Notes under the pieces: generated by a model | What the model saw: only the letters and a program-made list of their open reading frames with translations | Told to the model about the DNA's origin: nothing | The model's database searches: none | Program-made: the position numbers and the translations under genes | DNA from: the human T2T-CHM13v2.0 reference genome, Homo sapiens | Length of the DNA: 64,000 nt | Assembly (NCBI GenBank): GCA_009914755.4 | Contig: CP068257.2 | Location: forward strand, 7,584,001-7,648,000 | Direction: 5' to 3' | Part shown: one piece after another, positions 45,776 to 56,114 of the stretch | Layout of the letters: each line of letters opens with the position of its first letter | Position numbering within the stretch: the first letter of the stretch is position 1

Positions 45776-46075
45776 AAAAACAAAAACACTGGTGATGTGA
45801 GGTCATTATCCTCAGCAAACTAATCCAGGGAAAGAAAACCAAACACCACATTCTCACTTATAATGGGAGCTGAAAAATGAGATCACATGGACACAGGAAG
45901 GGGAACAACACACACTGGGGCCTTTCGGGAGGCAGAGCGTTAAGAAAAACAGCTACTGCATGCTGGGCTTAATACCTAGGTGATGGGTTGACAGGTGCAG
46001 CAAACCACCATGGCGCACGTTTACCTTAGTAACAAATCTGCACATCCTGCACATATACCCCGAACTTAGAAACGA
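45776..46075 (+). mobile_element. L1 3'UTR fragment
   Basis: 'ctcagcaaactaatccagggaaagaaaaccaaacaccacattctcacttataatgggagctgaaaaatgagatcacatggacacaggaaggggaacaacacacactggggcc...ggtgcagcaaaccaccatggcgcacgtttaccttagtaacaaatctgcacatcctgcacatataccccgaacttagaaa'. Confidence 0.85.
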
Positions 46076-47289
46076 AACGAAATAAAAGAAAACGAAAAAG
46101 CAGTAACAAAACGCTAAAGGCAAAATAAAGTTTCAAACTCAGAAAGTGACAGACCAATGTTTGGTTCAAATCATGGGTTCTCAACCCAGGTGCCATAAGG
46201 TCAGAATAAAAAATTTGATTATGTATTGTAAATAAGACATGCAGCAAATGACCAGAGAGATTATTCTCAACATATGTGTGTCTTCTAATTCAATGGTGAC
46301 GCTATCTACAGGGACATACCATTAGATTCCAAAGGGCCGAGTCCCGCCAGACAGGCCTCCCACACTAATAACAATGGGAAGCCCCACGTTGTTTTACCTG
46401 TGCTTCTCAGCAACTGGCTATAAATCAGGTTGCCACCACTCCCAGATTTAGTTGCATTCATTTGCTGGAAGAGCTCACAGCACGCAGGTAAACACTTACA
46501 TTTGCCGTTGTATTTTAGCGGACATTGCAAAAAGTTCAGAAATAAATGTGGGGCCCGGCATGTGGGGAGGGGCGCACTACCTTCCAGGAAGTGTTATCCA
46601 GAAGCCCTCTGAACCCAGTCCTTTTGGGTTTTTATGGAGATCTCCTTCTATAGTCATGATGGGTTAAACCATAGGCTATTGGTGATCAGCTCCACCCGAG
46701 GCTCTCAACCCTCCCTGGAAATTGGGGTTGAGGCTTTGCCATTCTCAGTCTGACTCAAAGAATTTACCCAAACGGAATTTTAAAACAGATGAGCATAACT
46801 GGAATCTTAATTACATGATTGGATTATCTGGAGCCACACCTTGATATTCCTAACCCGAGCACCCTCATCCAACGAATGCTCCACCCAACTGGCTCCCAAG
46901 TCTCTACGTGGTTCCAGAGCAAAAGAATGTTTATACAACGCATATCTCCACCTTTTCTTCAAAGTCTTTTCGTTTACACGGAAAGACTTCTTAAACTGCC
47001 ATGCATCAGAGTCAGGGGGAGGTCTTGTTACAACACAGATCTGTGCATCTCCGGGGTTTGATTGTGGCAAGGATGCTGCTGGTGTCAAAACCACAACGTG
47101 GGAACCACAGAACCACTAGTTGGTTTTCAGTGTTTCAGTGCATACAATTCCTAATATATCTGGCCAAGAAAACTTGTAAGTTCTTAGATTGTCCCAAAGG
47201 TGGCGCATGAAATCAAAGCAGGAGAACAGTTTCCTACCAGGTGTAGCCTGGGAAAGTTGGGGGTGACTGATGGAAAGGAGGAGTGAAGC

Positions 47290-47474
47290 TCCGCCCTTTC
47301 CGCTGCTAGGCTGCGCCCGAGGCTATTTAAACCCACCCTGGCTGGCCTGTACTCAGATCTTCGCGGAGCGGATCAGCGGCCGGAGCGTTTGGCGGACTCT
47401 GCGTGGACTTGGAGCTCACAGCGTCTTGCGACTTGGAAGCGGATTCAGAGGACAGGACAGAACACGTGGGCAAG
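47290..47474 (+). promoter_or_regulatory. Putative promoter and non-coding exon 1 of the plus-strand gene copy. It is CpG-rich, with a TATA-like 'ctatttaaa' at 47323-47331 and a predicted 5' splice donor 'caag|gtgaat' at 47474/47475.
   Basis: 'ccgccctttccgctgctaggctgcgcccgaggctatttaaacccaccctggctggcctgtactcagatcttcgcggagcggatcagcggccggagcgtttggcggactctgcgtggacttggagctcacagcgtcttgcgacttggaagcgg...'. The acceptor 'ctgggagctgcag|gtttcctaatcATG' at 47664/47665 puts the ATG 12 nt into exon 2. Confidence 0.45.
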
Positions 47475-47534
47475 TGAATCTCTGTCTGTCTGTCTGTCTC
47501 ATTGGTTGGTTGATTTCCATTTTCTTAAGGGGCA

Positions 47535-47612
47535 CATACCTCACACCGCACACACACAAACACACACCGCACACACAAACACACACACACACACACACGC
47601 GCGCACACACAC
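47535..47612. repeat. (CA)n and (CACACAAA)-type microsatellite within the predicted intron
   Basis: 'cacaccgcacacacacaaacacacaccgcacacacaaacacacacacacacacacacgcgcgcacacacacac'. Confidence 0.95.
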
Positions 47613-47675
47613 ACTCCTTCCTTCTTCGAGTTAGAAAATTGGTACGGGCCCCTGGGAGCTGCAGGTTTCCTAATC

Positions 47676-48488
47676 ATGTCTGCACCTAAGAACAGTAGGG
47701 TCTTGTCTGGCTCTTCTTATGAACGGTCCCCCAGCCCGGACTCCCCAAGGTCCATGCGAGCCTCACCCAGCTTCTTCCTCTCCCCTCTCAGAATCTCTTG
47801 CTTAAGGGGAAGCTCCTCACCAGGGATCCGGAGCTACCATTCACCATCCCCTAGGGCTTCACCACACTCACCTCTGTCATCACCAGAATCCCACAAGCTC
47901 CCATTTCCCTGTCCTCACCGTGATGGGCAATCAATGAAGACATTGGGCTCTCCCGTGTCCTCCTCTGAGGATTCCTCAGAGTCCCCACGTTCATCAATAA
48001 TATACCACATGCTCTTACTGCCATCAGCCAGCAGCTCACCCCCAGCTCTTGGGGGGTCTCCTTTGTCTCCCAGCTACTCTCCAAACAACCCCAGATTTCA
48101 GCTGGAGTCAGCCCCCCACACCCAGGAATCACCTACAAACTCATGAGCCTCACGGTGCTCCACCCCTGTGTCTTTCATCTCTTCACCCCCAGGCCTCAGG
48201 GACTCTCCTGTGGCTCCCAGTTACTCTCCAGCCATCCCCAGGTTCCTGTGGGAGTCAGCCCCATGCACCCAGGAGTCCCCCAGAGACTCACAGGTCTCGG
48301 GAGAATATGAGCGGTCCCCCAGCCCTGACTCCTCAAGATTCATGCCTGCCTCACCCAGCTTCTCCCTCTCCCCTCCCAGAAACTCAGACCCAAGGGGCAG
48401 CTCCTCACCAGAGATGTGGAAGTATTCTACATCACCACGCATGGCTTCACCACTCTCCTTACCATTAGAACACTCAGTAATCATATGA
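47676..48488 (+). pseudogene. Inverted paralogue of the minus-strand repeat gene. It carries the true N-terminus 'MSAPKNSRVLSGSSYERSPSPDS...'. An in-frame TGA at 48144-48146 sits where the minus-strand copy has CGA (Arg). Homology and the ORF end at about 48465-48488. It is either a pseudogene or a truncated allele.
   Basis: The ORFs 47676-48146 and 48168-48488 are in the same frame, separated only by the TGA. The translated sequence aligns with the minus-strand copy, for example '...SPVSSSEDSSESPRSSIIYHMLLLPSASSSPPALGGSPLSPSYSPNNPRFQLESAPHTQESPTNS*ASRCSTPVSFISSPPGLRDSPVAPSYSPAIPRFL...'. The ATG lies in a plausible exon-2 context. Confidence 0.5.
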
Positions 48489-49004
48489 ATTGTGCAGTTG
48501 TTGTTTTGCTTAACTCTTTTTGTTTGTTTATGCTTGGGGTTTTATTGTTGTTGTTTCACTTTTCTCCCATCTCTTCCTGACTTGGTCAAATCCAAAGGAA
48601 TGTTCCAAATTGTGGGGAGCAAGGCCTCTGAATTGGCTAAAACTCCTATGGCTGCAAAAAAACAAACAAATAAACAACAACAAAAAGCATTCCAGTTAGC
48701 AGAAATTATTTTTTAAACCTTTTTTTTTACGTAACTGGTCTCATCTACATAAAAATGTCATCCTTTTGCTAGCCAAGGCCAAACTGAAGGAGTAGTGGTG
48801 GTGACCCAATGTGAAGATTCTGCCCTGTTCACTACAGAAACCTGAGTTTGGTTCCTAAGTCTAGTTCTTTCTGTTTGATATTTGTGTTACTTTTAAAACG
48901 TCAGCAGTTTGTCCCAGCTATGATGTGGTAGTAAAAGATTCAAAAGGGGTTTCTTTACAGGTTCCATGATTAAAAGCTTAATTTAAAGCAAATTTCTTTT
49001 TTTT

Positions 49005-50640
49005 TAAATTATACTTTAAGTTCTGGGGTACATGTGCAGAACATGCAGGTTTGTTACATAGGTATACACATGCCATGGCGGCTTGCTGCATCCATCAACC
49101 CATGATCTACATTAGTTATTTCTCCTAATGCCATCCCTCTCCTAGCCCCCCACGCTGACAGGCCCTGGTGTGTGATGTTCCCCTTGCTGTGTCCATGTGT
49201 TCCCATTGTTCAACTCCAAGTTATGAGTGAGAACATGTGGTGTTTGGTTTTCTGTTCTTGTGTTAGTTTGCTGAGAATGATGCTTTCCAGCTTCATTCAT
49301 GTCCCAGCGAAGGACGTGGATTCATCCTTTTTATGGCTACATAGTATTCCATGGTGTATATATGCCACATTTTCTTTATCCAGTCTATCATTGGTGGGCA
49401 TTTGGGTTGGTTCCAAGTCTTTGGTTTTGTGAAAAGTGCCGCCATAAACAGACAGGTGCATGTGTCTTTATATTAGAATGATTTATAATTTTGGGGGTAT
49501 TTACCCAGTAATGGGATTGCTGGGTCAAATGATATTTCTAGTTGTAGATCCTTGAGGAATTGTCACACTGTCTTCCACAATGGTTGAACTAATTTATATT
49601 CCCACCAACTGTGTAAAAGCGTTCCTATTTCTCCACATCCTGTCCAGCATCTGTTGTTCCCTGATTTTTTAACGATAGCCATTCTAAGTGCTGTGAGATT
49701 GTATCTCATTGTGGTTTTGATTTCCATTTCTCTAATGACCAGTGATGATGTGCTTTGCTTCACATGTTCGTTGGCTGTATAAATGTCTTCTTTGGTAAGT
49801 GTCTGTTCATATCCTTTGTCCACTTTTTGATGGGGTTGTTTGTTTTTTTTTTCTTGTAAGTTTGTTCTTTGTAGATTCTGCATATTAGCCCTTTGTCAGA
49901 TGGATAGATTGCAACAATTTTCTCCCATTCTCTGGGTTGCCTGTTCACTCTGATAATAGTTTCTTTTGCACTGCAGATACTGTTTAGTTTAGTTAGATCC
50001 CATTTGTCAATTTTGGCTTTTGTTGCCATTGCTTTTTGTGTTCTGGTGATGAAGTCTCTGCCTATGGCTCTGTCCTGAATGGTATTGCCTAACACAAGGA
50101 CATTTATGTGCCTGAGTGCTATACCACCCACAGTAATTTATAGATTTATTGCTATCCTCATTAAGCTACCATTGACTTTCTTCATAGAATTAGAAAAACT
50201 ACTTTAAATTTCATATGGAACCATAAAAGAGCCCACATAGCCAAGACAATCCTAAGCAAAACAACAAAGCTAGAGGCATCACAGTACCTGACTTCAAATT
50301 ATTCTACAAGACTACAGTAACCAAAACAGCATGGGGCTGGTACCAAATCAGATCTATAGACCAATGGAACAGAACAGAGGCCTCAGAAATGACACCACAC
50401 ATCTAAAAGCATCTGATCTTTGACAAACCTGACAAAAACAAGCAATGGGTAAAGGATACCCTATTTAATAAATGATCTTGGGAAAACTGGCTAGCCTTAT
50501 GCAGAAAACTGAAACTGGGCCACACCCATACACCTTAAACAAAAATTAAGTAATATGGATGAAAGAGTTAAATGCAAGACCTAAAACAATAAAAAATCTA
50601 GAAGAAACCTAGGCCAACAACCTCAGGGGAAATGTACCTG
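49005..50640 (-). mobile_element. LINE-1 3' portion (ORF2 C-terminus and 3'UTR), inverted
   Basis: 'tttaaattatactttaagttctggggtacatgtgcagaacatgcaggtttgttacataggtatacacatgccatggcggcttgctgcatccatcaacc' is the reverse complement of the L1 3'UTR terminus. The minus-strand ORFs 49563-49883 and 49760-50131 read '..[36 protein letters not shown]' and '[24 protein letters not shown]'. Confidence 0.9.
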
Positions 50641-52600
50641 TAATGAAATGCATGGTACAAACACGCATTCCTTGCTTCCTTGAGTGGGTGACGTTGATGG
50701 CTAGTCCAATCACTCCAGCCACACCCTTGCAAACGTGGCTGGTTCCTTTTTGAGCCAGCTTGGCTTTGCCCAGCATGCACAAGTCAGTGCAACAACTGTG
50801 ACACAAATGGAGCCATACAGAGAAAATGAGCAGCAGGCTCAGGAGCAGGGTGTGCGCTGCCTTGGGGGCTCCAGTCCATGCCTCAGGGCTCATATGACAC
50901 TGCGGGCTTCTTGGGTGCAAAGAGGCAGACCACAGGCCATCTTCAGGAGGCCTTTATTTTGAAGTGCAGAAAGCAGCCAGGATTACCACCCGTGGGACTC
51001 GGCCTTTTGTGACCCTGGCCTGACAGAGTTTGGCCCAAGGCAGGACAAGCTCACTCAGAGCAACGTGTCAGTACCTGGGGCCTGTGCATGCCAGTCAAGG
51101 CCAAGCTGGCTCAAAGAGCAACCAGCCACCTCTGCAAGGGTGTGCCTGGAGCAGGTGGACCAGCCACCAACCTCACACACTGAAGGAAGCCAGGATGGCC
51201 AGGTTTCCACAGCCTGAGTGGCTGCCTCCTGATGGCTGATGGAGCAGAGGCCTGAGGAAAAGCAGGTGGCATGTTTAACTCTTTAATCTATCTTAAGTTA
51301 ATTTTTGTATAAAGCAGTTGGCACCGGTCCATGCCTCGGGGTTCATATGGCACTGTGGGCCACAGAAGGCTGAGTCCCCTGGGTGGTAATCCTGCCTGCT
51401 TTCTGCACTTGAACATAAAGTCCTCCTCAAGATGGCCTGTGGTCTACTTCTCGGCCCCACCTTTAGGGTAGAAGAACTGATGTACCACGTCTGACAGTGA
51501 GTGAGGTTGGCGGCTGGTCCACCTGCTCCTGGCACACCTTGCAGAGGTGGCTGCTTGCTCTTTGAGCCAGCTTGGCCTTGCCTGGCATGCACAAGCCTCA
51601 CTGCAACAAGTGTACAACAAATGGAGCCATAAAGAGGAAATGATCAGCAGGCTCAGGAATGGGGCGTGCACTGCCTTTGTGGCTCCAGTCCATGCCTCAG
51701 GGCTCGTATGGCACTGTAGGCTTCTTGGTCGCCAAGAGGCAGACCACAGACGGTCTTGAGGAGGACTTTATGTTCAAGTGCAGAAAGCAGCCAGGATTAG
51801 CACCCAGGGGACTCGGCCTTCTGTGGCCCTGGCCAGAGGTAGAATTTGGCCCAACACACTACAAGCTGACTTGGAACGGCATATAGGTAGCTGGGGCCTG
51901 TGCATGCCAGGCAAGGCCAAGCTGGATCAAAGAGCAAGCAGCCACCTCTGCAAGGGTGTGCCTGGAGCAGGTGGAGCAACCACCAACCTCACCCACTCAA
52001 GGAAGCAGGGATGGCCAGATTCCTACAGCCTGAGGGGCTGCCTCCTGATGGCTGATGGAGCAGAGGCCTAAGGAAAAGCAGATAGCACTGTGGCCCTACC
52101 TGTAGGGTAGAAGAACTGATGTAACCCGACCGGCAGCAAGTCAGGTTGGTGGCTGGTCCACCAGCTCCAGGCACACCCTTGCAGAGGTGGCCGGTTGCTT
52201 TTTGAGCCAGCCTGGCCTTCCTCAGTATGCAGTAGTCAGTGCAACAACTGTGACACAAATGGAGCCACACAGAGAAAATGAGCAGCAGGCTCAGGAGCAG
52301 CGTGTGCGCTGCCTTGGGGGCTCCAGTCCATGCCTCAGGGCTCATATGGCACTGCGGGCTTCTTGGTTGCAAAGAGGCAGACCACAGGCCATCTTCAGTA
52401 GGTCTTTATGTTGAAGTGCAGAAAGCAGCCAGGATTACCACCCGTGGAACTCGGCCTTTTGTGACCCTGGCCTGACAGAATTTGGCCCAAGGCAGGACAA
52501 GTTCACTCAGAGCAACGTGTCTGTACCTGGGGCCTGTACATGCCAGGCAAGGCCAAGCTGGTTCAAAGAGCAACCAGAGCATCCATTCTGGTGGATGAGC
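50640..52600. repeat. Cluster of alternately inverted copies of a ~400-bp low-copy repeat, with at least 5 arms and internal micro-inversions. The family is unidentified.
   Basis: The core 'gccagc[c/t]tggc[tc]ttgcc[ct][ac]g[ct]atgca..cagtgcaacaactgtgacacaaatggagccatacagagaaaatgagcagcaggctcaggagcag[g/c]gtgtgcgctgccttgggggctccagtccatgcctcagggctcatatg[a/g]cactgcgggcttcttgg' occurs forward at about 50750, 51560 and 52200. Its reverse complement 'catgccag[tg]caaggccaagctgg[ca]tcaaagagcaa[cg]cagccacctctgcaagggtgtgcctggagcaggtgga' occurs at about 51090, 51900 and 52540. The segment at 51318-51460 is partly re-inverted. Confidence 0.8.
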
Positions 52601-52989
52601 CAACCACATGGCCAGCTTCTGGGTGTGGGCACAGTGCCACATCTTCCATCACTTTCTGATATATCCCACCAGCACTGAAGAGACAGCCTGGAGAGAGTGC
52701 AAGAGGAAGGCTGAGAAGGATGAGATGGTGAGTGCTGGCTTCTTTCTGACCCTCAGCACACCCCCAGGTGGTGACCATCAACCTTTAGGGGTGGGAGAGC
52801 AAGATTGATGGCTTCAAATACTTCCCCAAGAAGATGGACACAGGCCACTCAGCTCAACCTCACAGCCAATGAGTTGACATGCAAGCAGATGACAGTGACA
52901 GGCTTTTAGAAAGAGCTTCAGAAGGCGGCCAGTTTTTCTTCGGCCTCAGCCAGGCCTTGGAACTTGACTAGGCCATCCACTTCACCAGA

Positions 52990-53238
52990 GATGCCTTCAA
53001 GAACATCAGTGAGCTCCTTGCCAATCCGTCCAGGAAGGACCTGGACCCAGCCATGGACCTGTTAGTGCTGTCTCAGGGACACCAGACCAACATCCTGGAC
53101 ATCATCCTCATATACAAGGAAGCTCTTACGACAGTCACGGAGAACAGGCAACATGTGGCAGAAGGGAAGACAGAGGTACAGAGGCTGATGGCATCATTAT
53201 CACAGGAACAGGATTTCTTTGGCCACTTTGGCTGAAAT
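52990..53238 (+). pseudogene. Short protein-coding-like fragment, possibly a relic of a processed pseudogene. The parent gene is not recognised.
   Basis: The frame reads 'DAFKNISELLANPSRKDLDPAMDLLVLSQGHQTNILDIILIYKEALTTVTENRQHVAEGKTEVQRLMASLSQEQDFFGHFG*'. It is a clean 80-aa globular-looking stretch ending at a stop, with an in-frame stop just upstream. Confidence 0.25.
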
Positions 53239-53744
53239 TCACCACTTCTATCCAATCCACTCAAGCGAGAGACTTGAAATCACAGATGGAACATTTCTTG
53301 CAACAAGAGATACTATTTTTTCAAAAAGTCACCTAAAATTTGATAGTGTTGAATGACTAGCTATTCGAGTGTGGACTTTTTCCAGTGCACGGGTACTTTC
53401 TACAGCAGAATGATAACAGTATCAAAGGGCTGGTGCCAGCTATCGGTGGTAGTACAAGGATGACTTTGTGCTCAACTGAAACCCAGGTGAATATAGACTT
53501 GTGTAGGAAAGTGTTAATATGGTGATAGAATAGAAACAGTAGCAAATGAACTAAATCATACTATGAATGCCTACACTACCATTATAACTTTTTGAAGAAT
53601 GATAATACCACTTACTTTATTGCCTTTTGAAGTAGGAATATTTTAGTGGATATGCTATAGACCAGAAACCCTGTAAAGAACCCCAAAGAAGCTGGCTGGA
53701 TAAAGCCTGCTATGGATGTCTTTATACTCAAAGACTGATGAGGC

Positions 53745-54800
53745 AATTCGAATATGTGTCCCCACCAAATCTCATGTTGAGTTATGCTTCCTAATGTTGG
53801 AGGTGGATCCTGGTATAAGGTGATTGAATCATGAAGGCAAATTTCTCATGAGTGGTTCAGCACCATCCCCTTGGTACTGTCCTCACAATCATGAGTGACT
53901 TCTCGTGAGATCTGGCCACTGAAAACTCTATATCACTCCCTACTCTCCGTGATTTCCTCTTGCCATGTGAGACAATTCACTCTTTCATTACCTTGCACAA
54001 TGATTGAAAGATTTCTGAGGCCCCCCAGAAGCAGAAGCACTAAGCTTCCTGTCCACTCTGCAGAACCATGAGCCAATTAAACCTCTTTTTCAAAATAAAT
54101 CTTACCAAAAATGGCAAATGAGGACTGGAGCATTCCTATAAAGATACCTGAAAATGTGGAAGCAACTTCGGAACTGGGTAATGGGTAGAGGTTGGAAGAG
54201 TTTGGAGGGCTCCAAAGAAGACAGACAGATGAGAACATTTTTGGACCATCTTAGAGACTGGTTAAATGGCTGTGACAAGAATGCTGACAAAAACATGGAC
54301 AGTGAAGGCCAGGCTGAGGGGGCCTCAGATAAAAATAAGAAGCTTTCTGGAAAATGTCTCTCTTTTGGATATAGAAAGCTTACACAATGCCTGTACCATC
54401 ATTGTACCTTAGACACAGTGAACTTGCTTTTTATTTCAGAGACTCGTAGGCAAAAGAGAATGTAGCCTTGACCCAGATGAGACTTTGGACTTTGTAACTT
54501 TGAGTTAATGCTGAAATGAGTTAAGACTTTGGGAGACTGCTGGCAAGGCATGACTGTATTTTGCAATGTGAGAAGGACATGAGATTTGTGGGGTCAGGGA
54601 CAGAATAATACGGTTTTTCTCTATGCCCCTTCCAAAACTCATGTGAAAGTACACTCCCTAATGTTAGAGTCGGGGCCTAGGTGGAAAAAGCTTTAATCAT
54701 AAAGGAGTGGGAGTGGATCCTTCACAAATGGCAAAGCACCAAGCCCTTAATGCCATCCTCCTGATAGTGAGTGAGTTCTCATGAGATCTAGTAGTTTAAA
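53745..54800 (+). mobile_element. MaLR-type (THE1/MST-like) LTR retrotransposon remnants: an LTR at 53745-54100, internal-like sequence, and an LTR fragment at 54590-54800
   Basis: 'tgtgtccccaccaaatctcatgttgagttatgcttcctaatgttggaggtggatcctggtataaggtgattgaatcatgaaggc...cctcttgccatgtgagac' is the THE1/MST LTR hallmark. A similar 'actcatgtgaaagtacactccctaatgttagagtcggggcctaggtgg...' follows. Confidence 0.75.
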
Positions 54801-54899
54801 AGGCTGTGGAACCTCTTTCCTCTCTCTGTCTTGTTCCAACTTCTGCCATATGAAACATGTCATTGCCGCTTGGATTTCCGGTGTGGTTAGGAGGGACCT

Positions 54900-55800
54900 G
54901 ATCAGTGTGGGCCTGGTCAGTGGACCTAGGTCAGTGAGGACTATTTAGTGGGATCGTGGTCAGCAGGGGTCTGCTTAGAGAGGGTCTCATTAGTGGGGTC
55001 TAGTAGTGGGGTTTTGGTGAGTGGGGACCTATTGGCTGCCAGTTGTTTGGTGTCTGGTCAGTGCAAACCTGGGCTGTGGGGCTTGATCAGTGGAGACCTG
55101 GTCAGCTGGGGCTTAGTGCTGGCCTGGTCAGCATGGGCTGGGGCACTGGTGACCAGGTCAAGGGGTGCTATTCAGTGGAGGACTGGGCACATGGGACCTA
55201 GTCAGCAGACCCTGGTGGGCATGTCCTCATCAGTGAGGCCCTTGTCAGTGGGGCCCTGGTCAGGGCAGCCTTGTCAGCGGGACCTAATCTGTAGCGTCCT
55301 GGTCAGAGACGACTTGGTCAGTGGTGACTTTTGCAGCACTGGTCTACAGGGTGACCTGGTCAGCGGGGATCTCAGCATTTGGTGCCAGTTCAGTGGGGTC
55401 TACTCACTAGGGTCCCAGTCAGGGGCATCTGGTGATCTTAGGCCTGGTTATTAGGGGCCTGATCAGTGGCAACCTGTTCCCTGGAGGTCTGGTCAGTGGG
55501 GCCTCATCTTTGGGGCCAGGGAATGAGGTCATGATCAGTGGAACTTGATCAGTGAGGCCTTGTCAATAATGACCTACTCAGTGAGGACTTGTCAGTAAGG
55601 ACTTGGTCCGTGAGGCCTTGTCAGTAAGGTCCTGGTCGGTGGAGTCCTTGTCATTGTGTGCCTGGCAGTGGGGGCCTTGTTAGTGGGGCCTGGTCATGAG
55701 GGTCTAATCAGTGAGGGTGTCATCAGGGAGGACCTGATGTGCGGGGTCTGGTCAGCAGGGACCTGGTCAATGTGGGCTGCTGAGCACTGCTTGGATAAGC
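54900..55800. repeat. Minisatellite with a unit of about 21 bp, '(g)gggcctggtcagtggggacct'-like, about 40 units
   Basis: 'ggacctgatcagtgtgggcctggtcagtggacctaggtcagtgaggactatttagtgggatcgtggtcagcaggggtctgcttagag...cctggtcagcggggatctcagc...ggcctgatcagtggcaacctgttccctggaggtctggtcagtggggcctcatc'. Confidence 0.85.
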
Positions 55801-56114
55801 CAGGTGCAATGTGCATTATTGAAGGCCCTGTGGACAGCTGGGATAGCCCAGTGATGCCCAAGGGCCTAGTCAAAAGTGGACAAAGCACGTATTTGGATGG
55901 ACCTGGGAGATCCTGCTCAGAGATTCTGACAGGACAAAGGTAAAGGAAGGGCCAGAGTGGCTGGAGAGATGGTCACAGTCTATGGGCTGCACAGGATGGA
56001 GGAGGCCAGGGAAAAGGCAGGGTGGGCAGTTGGGGTTCAGGGAGAGGCAGGTGCATGCTGGGAGGTCAGACCCTGTGAAGGCTTTGGGGGCGTCAGGTTG
56101 GGTAGGCTCCAGGC

